DNA of 64,000 bases. Origin: an uncultured Methanosarcinaceae archaeon. GTDB taxonomy: Archaea; Halobacteriota; Methanosarcinia; Methanosarcinales; Methanosarcinaceae. The notes under the pieces were generated by a model. The model had not been told where the DNA came from and did no database searches. It saw only the letters and a program-made list of their open reading frames with translations. The stretch covers positions 160,001 through 224,000 of the forward strand of contig CAWHXP010000002.1 in NCBI GenBank assembly GCA_963833425.1, written 5' to 3'. Numbering within the stretch: the stretch's first letter is position 1; each line of letters begins with the position of its first letter. Of the stretch, positions 55,275 through 64,000 are shown piece after piece. The position numbers and the translations under genes are program-made.

Positions 55275-56918
55275 ATGGAAAAAGGTGCTCAACCAATCAT
55301 AATAATAGATCCCAGAAAAGAGCAGACTAAGGGAAAAGAAGCGCTTAGTATGAATATTGCGGCTGCAAAGGCAGTTGCAAAAATAGTCCAAAGTACGCTC
55401 GGGCCGGCTGGTATGGATAAAATGCTTGTCAACCCTATTGGAGATATAACAATCACAAACGATGGTGCTACTATTTTGCATGAGATGTCCATCGAGCATC
55501 CGGCAGCCAAGATGGTGGTTGAAGTTGCTCAGTCACTTGAAAGTTCAGCAGGTGACGGAACTACAAGTGCTGTTGTATTCACCGGTTCCTTGCTGGAAAA
55601 AGCAGAAGCCCTTATTGACAATGGGGTTCATCCGATAATTGTTGTCAAAGGATATAATCTCGCAGCTGATAAGGCCATTGAGATTTTAGAGAATCTAGCG
55701 ATCTCAGTTGGTGAAGGTGAAAAGAAGATGCTGGTAAAGGTCGCTAGAACCTCCATTACAGGTAAGGCTTCCGAAAAATACAATACATTGATTGCGAATC
55801 TCTGCGTAGATGCAGTTCTTGCAGTACACGAGAAAGGAAAAGCCGACCTTAAACGCATTATTCTTACGAAAGATATAGGTCATACCATTGATGAGACGGA
55901 ATTTGTGGAAGGTATTGTAATTGATAAAGTTGCTCTGGAAAAAGATTTCCCTCTCAAAATCCAGAATCCAAATATCGCACTCATAGATGCCCCAATGGAG
56001 ATCGGCAAAACTGCAAACAAAGCAAAACTTCAGATCAACACGGTAGTGGATTTTGAGAATTTCATAATACAAGAGAATGCAGCTCTTTTAGAGATGGCAG
56101 ATTATATCATTAGGGCAGGTGCAAATGCTGTTTTCTGCTCAAAAGGTATGGATGATAAAATTGCAGCCTACTTGCAAAACAGGGGAATTTATGCCACTCG
56201 CAGGGTCAAGGGTGAGGATATGCAACACCTTGCTGACGCAACAAATGGAAAACTCATAAGAAATATCAAGGAACTTACAGAAAAAGACCTTGGGCATGCA
56301 GGACTCCTTGAACAGGATCGTGATGGAGACCAGGGTGAAACATATTTAAGAGATTGTAAGGGTGCTAAATCCGTGTCAATTGTCATCCGAGGCGAAACCG
56401 AACATGTTGTTGATAATGTGGAGCGTGCAATTGATGATGCACTCAAAGTAGTGAAATGTGTTGTGGAAGACGGAAAGGTTGTTCCAGGCGGCGGAGCTTC
56501 GGAAATAGAAGTCGCACTTAGGCTTCGATCATATGCTGCTAGCATAGGAGGACGTGAGCAGATGGCAATTTTGGCATTTGCAGGCGCACTTGAAGAAATT
56601 CCGAGGACGATTGCCAAAAATGCAGGCTTAGATGCAATAAACTCTATCGTGAACCTCAGGGCAAAGCACGTAGAAAACGAAAGAACAGGCTTAGACGTTC
56701 AAACAGGAATCGTGGAAGATATGTTTGAACGAGGTGTTGTTGATCCACTCAGAGTGAAGATAGAGTCCATCAAGGCCGGTTCCGAAGCTGCGGAGATGAT
56801 ACTCCATGTGGACGATGTTCTCAGTGCTAAGAGTTCGTCTATGCCTGATGTCAAACCAGAACATATGGCAAGTACTTATGATGGCATGTCAGCCCCTCAA
56901 CTTAACATGCGCAGGTAA
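55275..56918 (+). CDS. Thermosome (group II chaperonin) subunit
   Basis: [26 protein letters not shown] and VVPGGGASE motifs. Confidence 0.96.
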   Translation: MEKGAQPIIIIDPRKEQTKGKEALSMNIAAAKAVAKIVQSTLGPAGMDKMLVNPIGDITITNDGATILHEMSIEHPAAKMVVEVAQSLESSAGDGTTSAVVFTGSLLEKAEALIDNGVHPIIVVKGYNLAADKAIEILENLAISVGEGEKKMLVKVARTSITGKASEKYNTLIANLCVDAVLAVHEKGKADLKRIILTKDIGHTIDETEFVEGIVIDKVALEKDFPLKIQNPNIALIDAPMEIGKTANKAKLQINTVVDFENFIIQENAALLEMADYIIRAGANAVFCSKGMDDKIAAYLQNRGIYATRRVKGEDMQHLADATNGKLIRNIKELTEKDLGHAGLLEQDRDGDQGETYLRDCKGAKSVSIVIRGETEHVVDNVERAIDDALKVVKCVVEDGKVVPGGGASEIEVALRLRSYAASIGGREQMAILAFAGALEEIPRTIAKNAGLDAINSIVNLRAKHVENERTGLDVQTGIVEDMFERGVVDPLRVKIESIKAGSEAAEMILHVDDVLSAKSSSMPDVKPEHMASTYDGMSAPQLNMRR

Positions 56919-57319
56919 GTCTTATTTTTCAGAATTAGGCTATAATAATCCTAGATACAATAAAAGCAGGAAATATGGAGGTTTATTCTAGAGTTTCTAC
57001 TTTATAATCGTTTTATTATTATTTTTTGATTAATATATTTAGCAACTATTTAACAAAACAATATCAATAACCCTATTATTTAAGATTAACGGACTGGATT
57101 TTCAATAGGCTGATTTTATTTAACTATAGGATATTGATAATATTTTTTATTTTTTCCATTTGGATATTTTTCTAACAAATTTTTTCCTGTACTCCTGAAT
57201 CTGTCCACACTTAATTTACTCACGCATTAGTCAATGGCATCATATACTTTGCAATTGGGAGCGATTCTTCGCTAATAGGGATCGTTGAACTTTCACTCGG
57301 GTGAATTCTTGTTTTTTTC

Positions 57320-57607
57320 ATGCTGCTTCTAGCTTTCGCAGGGGTAATGTTTCTTATTACAAGGTGGAGGTTTAGAAAAGTTAGAGTCACAAAATTCACT
57401 TTTTTGGAAGTAAAAGAAAATATTCGTGAGGAGGAATTCTATGATATATACCCAAAAGAGCGTGATCAGAAAAAGAGATGTAGAGCTAGTATCAAAAGGA
57501 TGCGAGAAATGCCTAAAAATCGTGGTCGGAGTTCGCTTTTAGATCGAATTTTATGTAAAATAAAGTATTCCTTCGAGACTCTTCGTAATAGCTACGTTTA
57601 TCAATAA
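57320..57607 (+). CDS. Hypothetical membrane-anchored protein, possibly the 3' part of a decayed gene
   Basis: 95-aa ORF with an N-terminal hydrophobic helix; hydrophobic coding-like sequence with stops lies upstream. Confidence 0.35.
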   Translation: MLLLAFAGVMFLITRWRFRKVRVTKFTFLEVKENIREEEFYDIYPKERDQKKRCRASIKRMREMPKNRGRSSLLDRILCKIKYSFETLRNSYVYQ

Positions 57608-57619
57608 AAAGTTGCTCTC

Positions 57620-58567
57620 TCAATGATTATCGGAATTAGGTTCTTCAAAAAGGGCAGGATTCTTCTCTTTTAATGGTATGAGAAGTTCTTCGTCTAATTT
57701 TGTATCATAAAGTGTTTTCAATTTAGAGAGCTGATTAATTGTTAGATGGTGAGCTTCCTTAAAGTTCGCTCCTTGAAAGTTAGATTGTTCAAGGTTAGCT
57801 CCTTTGAGGTGAGCTTTTTCAAGATTAGCTCCTTGAAAGTTAGCCATTTGAAGTTCAGCTCCATATAGTTCAGCTCCTTTAAGATTAGCTACTTGGAGGT
57901 TAGCTCTTTGAAGATTAGCCCCTTCAAAATTAGCCTCTATAAGATCAGCTCCCTGAAGGTTAGCCCCTTCGAGTTTAGCATCTTGAAAATTGGCTCCTTG
58001 AAGGTTAGCCTTTTCAAAGTTAACTTTTTGAAGGTTAGCTCCTTGAAAGTTAACCTCAATAAGAAAAGCTCCTTCCAATTTAGCTCCTCTAAGTTTAGTT
58101 CCTTGAAGATTAGCCCCTTGAAAATTAGTCTCTTGAAGATCAGCTCCATAAAAATCAGCATCTTGAAGATTAGACTCTTGGAAGTTAGCTCCGTAAAGAT
58201 CAGCACCTTGAAGGTTGGCCCCTTCAAGTTTAGCCTCTTGAAAGTTAGCCAAATGAAGTTTAGCTGATTTTAAGTTAGCCTTTTCAAGGTTAGCTACTCG
58301 AAGATTAGCTTCTTCAAGGTTAGCTCCTTCAAGTATAGCTCCTTGGAGATCAGCACCTTCAAGTATAGCTTCTTGAAGATTAACTCCTTGGAGGTTAGCT
58401 TCTGTGAGATCAGCATAAAAAAGATTAGCTCCTCGAAGATTAGCTTCTTGAAGGTTAGCTCCTTTAAGTTTAGCTTTTGCAAAGTTAGCCTGTTCAAAAT
58501 TAGCTCCTTGGAAGTTAGTTCCTATATAATCAGCTCCTAAGAGGTTTTTTTTGTCTGGGTTATCCAT
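57620..58567 (-). CDS. Pentapeptide-repeat protein
   Basis: Long run of A(N/D)(L/F)xx pentapeptides; 15-bp DNA periodicity. Confidence 0.93.
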   Translation of the reverse strand: MDNPDKKNLLGADYIGTNFQGANFEQANFAKAKLKGANLQEANLRGANLFYADLTEANLQGVNLQEAILEGADLQGAILEGANLEEANLRVANLEKANLKSAKLHLANFQEAKLEGANLQGADLYGANFQESNLQDADFYGADLQETNFQGANLQGTKLRGAKLEGAFLIEVNFQGANLQKVNFEKANLQGANFQDAKLEGANLQGADLIEANFEGANLQRANLQVANLKGAELYGAELQMANFQGANLEKAHLKGANLEQSNFQGANFKEAHHLTINQLSKLKTLYDTKLDEELLIPLKEKNPALFEEPNSDNH

Positions 58568-59616
58568 ATACTTTAATTGGCTGGACCTTAAATAAACATT
58601 ACCGAGTTCGGAGATATTTCATATTCTTCAGGATTTATTTTCTCAAAATGTATATCCTATATAGTCTAGTTTTGTCTGGATAAAAAGATGGCAGCTACGT
58701 TTTGACGCAAAATATAGACTTTATATTGATTTTCTGCTGATTTTTCAGGCTAATTATAATATATCAGATAAAAATAGCTACCTTTCAATGTTCTGTAGCG
58801 ATCTATCTACTTAAATATCCCGATTATACTATACTCTAGAGTTGAGACTTAAAATAGGGTCCTAAGAATTATAGATGGAATAGGAGCTGAAATTTTTGGT
58901 GTATGATAAATGCGACGTAGGAGTTATGACTATTTAAATAGGCACGTCTGCCACCCCATCCTATTAATTATTTTAAAATATATTTAGTATTCAATATTAT
59001 ATGGATATATTATTTGACAATTAAGAAAAAATTCAAACATCATTTTGTCCCAAAAACTCTACTGGCTTTGAATACTCTCCTACCAGCTGTTCCAAGCAGT
59101 ATCATTAATTTCAACACATCAAATTCGTTCAAACATTCACACCCTTATATTATGGAATAGAACGTATGGAATTTTAGAATTGACAGAATGAGTATCTATT
59201 GTTCTAATTGTTACCTGTACTTAGGAACTGGCCGCAAAAATTTATATCGCAGTTCAACCGTTCAATCTATAAAATGAATGTTAAATTTGATTTTATTTTG
59301 AAGGCTATTTTTTTCAAGTTCAAATAGATGAAGAAATAAAAAAATCTTCAGCTAACGGATGTTTTGTACGAAAATTATCTCACTTATCTGTTTATTTTTT
59401 ATAGGCTCAATTAATTTTTGAAAGTAACTAAGTTAAGTTTTATTGAATAAAATTAACTGGCCAACAGTCAAACAACAGATAGCTGATCATATAATTTAAC
59501 AAATTTGGATTTACGCACTTAAACATTCATAGTGCATTTCCATGAAAAAAAGGTATGAATAGACAAACAAACACCGATAAGATTATGTTAATTTTAATAA
59601 AAGGAATGAATAATTA

Positions 59617-59845
59617 TTGAAAAATTCATTTGGTAAAATCAAAAAGGCATTAACTACTTTGTTAGCAGTTTTTTGTAACATCATTAACCATTGGAGCGGC
59701 AATTGAATGGAATTCTCGCGGCCATCACCATATTTGTCATAGCTGCAGCAGTTGTGGCAGCTTCATGGTCTCTAAAGTAACGGAATTCCCTGTCAAAATT
59801 GTAGCTGCAACAACGATACCACCTACGAAAGTTAATTGTTGCTAA
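59617..59845 (+). pseudogene. Frameshifted small secreted His/Cys-rich protein (shared leader family)
   Basis: KIKKALTTLLAVF, shift in a T-run, then VTSLTIGAAIEWNSRGHHHICHSCSSCGS...NCC*. Confidence 0.45.
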
Positions 59846-60835
59846 TTGTAAGTCAAATCGTGTGCTAAACTGTTTCGATGCATGAAAATACCAATTTACT
59901 TAGAGAAAATTATTGAGTATCCAATTATGCGAATAAGCTACTGTATACATTGCGTGGCGACGCCATAAGGCTGTTTTGATCATCCCCTGCTGGGATTCTA
60001 AAATCGGCAATTATAATATTTGAAAAAATTTTCAATCATTTGTATTTCTTTTCTCTCGATTTTTTAGTTATTCAGTAGCACCGAAAGTGGCTTCTAAGTT
60101 TAAGTTCATATTCATGAAGAAGAAGATTTGTGTATTATCGTTGCTTTGACTTTGTTTAATCTAACTCATTTTCTTCAGCCCATTTTGCGATTAAGCAAAA
60201 CAAAGAAAACATTTCGATCAGCATATCCAAAAATGCTCCTTCAGCCATGCCTATATCCATAAGAGGTACTGCCTGCTTCACTTGGTTTTATCATCTATAT
60301 TGCAAATAACATCCGTGAAGCCGTCGAGAGTCAGCCAATTCTCCTTTTTAAGCTGATGGACGGTATCATTCATATCATTTGCACCATTTTCACTTTGAAT
60401 GCAGAAATGATTAACTCACTCATTTTCTGAAGATCTCTTTTTGACTTCTGGTCCATGTAAAAAACGCTATTAATGTCTCGCTATTTTTCAAGGTTGAAAT
60501 ATTTTATGTAAACATAATTTTTATTTTGAAATAATTTTTCACATAATTAATTAAAAATAACTAAGTAGATTATCTTATATTTAAATGAAAATTAATCGGT
60601 TAAAAAGTGAGGAATAATAAGTAGATACGTAAATACAAATTACCTTGAAGGAGTTGATGCTGTTATAATTCAAATAATAATAGGGTGACAACAGAAAAGA
60701 AAAACAATTTCAGATTTTTACTGAAACTTATCCATTAAAGAAGTCTCGTAAAGAGAACATAGTTTTTATGGCTTGAAGTTATGGAGTTACTTTCTAAATT
60801 AAATCAACATAAGCTCTATAAGATACGGTTTACTT

Positions 60836-61960
60836 ATGGATAAAAAGGTTGAAATTTTGCTTTTTGAGGATGATCCTTGAGACACAAGTCTGATTGAAGA
60901 GATGCTTGAAGAATTCGCTGACTTCCCATATGAACTAATAAACGTTAAAACATTAAACGAAGGTTTGAGTCTTCTCAAAGAACTCCTATTTGATATAATA
61001 TTGGCCGATTTATGCTTGCAGGATAGTGATGATATCGACACTTTTCTTTATATTCATGCAGAGAATTCAAGAATTCCAATAATAATTTTTACCGCGTCTA
61101 ATGAAGAAAAAATTGGAATTTATGCTATAAAAAGGGGTACTCAGGATTATTTAGCCAAAGGACAAGTAGACGGTAGATTATTGAAACGTTCTATCCAATA
61201 TTCTATTGAACGCAAAAAGATCGAAGAAGTACTCACAAATATTGAAATTGCTCGTAAAAAGGAAATTCTTCATAGGATTAAAGAATAACTTACAGGTGAT
61301 ATCTTCACTTCTTGACCTTCAAGCTGATAAATTCAAAAGCAAAATGGAAGTGACGAGTTCAGAAGTCTTAGATGCTTTCAGGGAAAGTCGGGATAGGGTA
61401 ATATCGATGGCTTTAATTCATGAAGATTTATACAAAGGAAAAAATATAGGAAATCTAGATTTTTCATCATACCTTGATAAGCTCACTCAAAATTTATTCA
61501 AGACTTATGAATTTATGAAAGCCAATATAAGCTTAAGCATGGATATCGAAAATAATCTTCTCTTTGATATTGATACTGCAATTCCATTGGGAATGATTGT
61601 TAATGAACTTATTTCTAACTCCCTTAAACACGCATTTTCAGTAGGGATAAAGGAAAAATTCAAATCAAGTTTTGCCGTGAAAAAAAATTGGAATGTATAA
61701 TCCGCTTAGAAGAGAATAAAAATGAAAATTGTAATAGCACCCGCTTCAGTCTGACAGTTTCAGATGATGGAATAGGTATACCTAAAAACCTTGAGATTGA
61801 AGATATTGAAAATCTAGGGTTGCAGCTGGTAACTTTCCTTATACATCAATTAGATGGGGAACTTGAGCTTAAAATGAACAATGGGACCGAATTTAATATG
61901 AGATTCACATTAATAGATAAACTCAAGCATGAACTAATTAGTACTTATGCGGTAAATTGA
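60836..61960 (+). pseudogene. Hybrid response regulator / HisKA_2 histidine kinase, disrupted
   Basis: REC domain (LLFEDDP* with in-frame TGA, DIILAD, QDYLAK); HRIK/NNLQVISSLL split by a frameshift; NELISNSLKHAF; VSDDGIG in a third frame. Confidence 0.88.
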
Positions 61961-62060
61961 AAAATCAATTGCACTACACCTAAATTGTTTTAAAAAATTT
62001 GACCATGACGCTTATTGCGTTTTATTTTATGCATCAAATACATACGGCCTCCTATAAGAT

Positions 62061-62147
62061 ATATAATTTTTTTGTATCAAAATCTATGTGTTTTCTCATT
62101 TTTCAGCCGAAATCGCAAGGGAATTTTTATTTGAATTTGGGATAAAT
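62061..62147. repeat. Degenerate palindromic site plus about 55-bp flank homologous to 20806-20875
   Basis: TTTT-GTATC-AAAATCTATGTGTTTTCTCATTTTTCAGCCGAAATCGCAAGGGAATTTTTATTTGAATTTGGGATAA versus AAAATCTATGTATTTTATCAGTTTCAGCCAAAATAGTAGGGGCATTTTTATCTAAATTTAGGATAA. Confidence 0.65.
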
Positions 62148-62656
62148 AAACCGATTTTATGAAATTCACTGTATTAAACTACAGAAAAGAAACAGCAATA
62201 AGTGGCTGATGGGATTAAAAAAGCATTGATAGATTATCAGAACTAGTATGACCAAATTATGGAATTGGATAGCATAGGTTATAAAAGTGCAGCTGCTATG
62301 TTGAAAGCTTCCATTATGATATAATGAATTATATGCAGTTTCCCGAGAATCACTGGGAAAAAAGAATAACAATATATATTCCATGAAAAACAGCCAAAAA
62401 TTGAAGTTAATTAAAATCCTTAAAAAATCAATGATGTGGAAAAGCTGATCAGGCTAAAGAAAAAAGTTATAACTGACATTCTAAAGTCCAAAAAATAATC
62501 AAATAAAGTCTTTAAGTTATACAGTTTTAAATTTATTACGTTAAAATAAGTATCAACCAACTAATATTTGGTAGGTTGAACAGTTACCAAAAACAAAGTC
62601 CATTACAATTTTTAATTTTAACTATAACGGAGTGAAACGAAATGTTGAAACATTAA

Positions 62657-62828
62657 TCGAGTCGAATGAAAACGATAATGGTTAACTTCTGGCAGTCTTT
62701 TTTAGTTTATTTGGCAGCAGAAGCAGCGAGTTCAAGAGGCGGTTATTATGGCTGCGGGATCTACCATGGCTGGATTAAAAGGTATATAAGTCTGCCCTCA
62801 AAAGAACATATTGGTACTCATATATAAT
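62657..62828 (+). pseudogene. Frameshifted small secreted protein (shared leader family)
   Basis: SRMKTIMVKLLAVFF, shift, then LAAEAASSRGGYYGCGIYHGW. Confidence 0.4.
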
Positions 62829-63072
62829 ATGGAAATATGCCACACTGTGACAGCATTGCAGTGAAAATAAAAACTACAAAAATAAAATCTGTATGAAATA
62901 TTTGTTGAAATCGGAGGTTCATTGAAATTTTCGCAGTCTGTATCCTGATGAGAAGTTCTGATTTTTATACTAAAAATGATTAAATCCTGTTAGGCAAGAA
63001 TTGAAATCCTGTTTTTCTGGGATAAAAGATGAAAAGGAATTGCCCATCATATTCTTCTACTCTGTGATAAAT

Positions 63073-64000
63073 TTAAAATTTATGTATGTACGTATTAACT
63101 CCGTATCTCTCAAATGTTGAGGTTTCAAGAATCCGTTGCTTTATGTAATATAACGAACTCAGAAGGCTATCACTAGTTTCAGATTCTATCTCTCCTGCGT
63201 AGGGGTGAATATTTTCTTCAAGAGTTTTTAAAAATCTTGGATTCAGATCATTTATAAAGTATGTATTCAGAATCAGGAGGTTTGAGATCTGCTCGTAGAA
63301 ACTTACAAGTTCTCGAAGCCAGTCTATGACTATATAATTTGCTGCATGTATCTGCTTATTGAGAAACATAAGGTAATCAAAAATAGTATTTAGGAGATCC
63401 TCTGTTAGTCTGTTATCTGGAAATTTAATCGGAAAACGTCCAAGGACTGTAGGATCTGTATAATCCGAGAAGATCATTTCAGACTTGCATAACGCAGGAA
63501 AAAGTCTGGCTATCGGGCTGTTAAGCAATGCAGTGACATACGGATACTTACTCGAGTCTTTGAGAACAATCCCACAGCCGTTTCTAAACACGTGATTTCC
63601 AACAGCATCGTATGTAGCCTGGAGATGATAACCACCAATTGCGATGATTTTAGGGACATAAAGGTACCCAAGGAGCTCTGTTTCTTTTATACTGTAGTCT
63701 GCGGAGTTTAAGGGTGAAGCATCATGAAGGAATTGATTTTTGAATTCTATAATCCTCCTGTAAGCTCGAGGGAAATTGGACTTTAATTTCTCAGGAGGAA
63801 TAATTTTGTATTCGCTCTTTTTAATCCCATCGAACGGTTCATAAGGTAGCATAAAGCGGTAATTTGAAGGGCGAACCGCAAATTTTTCAGAAAATGCTCC
63901 TGATACATATGGATATATAATTCCAGGTTCTGAAAATACAGGTTTACATAGGCCTTCGCAAAGATAATATGATTCTGAAGTGCTTTCCTCAGGAAATAGA
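63073..64000 (-). CDS. C-terminal part of a type II/IIG restriction-modification-like protein (TaqI-like specificity domain); starts beyond the window
   Basis: Frame is open from 63852 to the window edge; IYPYVSG...FMLPY, NFPRAY, PKII, YVTALLNS and LGRFPIKFP pattern. Confidence 0.65.
   Translation of the reverse strand, partial: LFPEESTSESYYLCEGLCKPVFSEPGIIYPYVSGAFSEKFAVRPSNYRFMLPYEPFDGIKKSEYKIIPPEKLKSNFPRAYRRIIEFKNQFLHDASPLNSADYSIKETELLGYLYVPKIIAIGGYHLQATYDAVGNHVFRNGCGIVLKDSSKYPYVTALLNSPIARLFPALCKSEMIFSDYTDPTVLGRFPIKFPDNRLTEDLLNTIFDYLMFLNKQIHAANYIVIDWLRELVSFYEQISNLLILNTYFINDLNPRFLKTLEENIHPYAGEIESETSDSLLSSLYYIKQRILETSTFERYGVNTYIHKF

Noticed and set aside
57893..58540. Several overlapping repetitive ORFs
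   Set aside because: Alternate-frame and antisense products of the 15-bp pentapeptide periodicity.

Overview
AT-rich archaeal chromosome segment, most likely from a Methanosarcina-type methanogen. This is inferred from the ycaO-tfuA pair, hmgA, a thermosome subunit, a non-discriminating aspS, archaeal tyrS and Methanosarcina-style IS elements and long intergenic regions. Core genes (tyrS, ycaO/tfuA, dCMP deaminase, hisI, hmgA, aspS, rpiA, thermosome) are interspersed with accessory genes, IS6/IS5/IS110 elements, at least three MITE families and many pseudogenes. No rRNA, tRNA or CRISPR array was found. The most striking unexplained signal is a 31-bp palindrome, ATGCAYAGRTTTT-N5-AAAAYCTRTGCAT, present about 11 times. 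Eight copies lie between 20.8 and 29.1 kb, where they separate single accessory genes or small modules (secreted protein, siroheme reductase, hypothetical plus truncated TPR, DUF302, methyltransferase plus HicAB, then a bacterial-type NAD-dependent formate dehydrogenase). This layout resembles a site-specific-recombination cassette array, but that is inference: no recombinase is encoded in the window. All alignments and family calls were made by eye; no searches were run.
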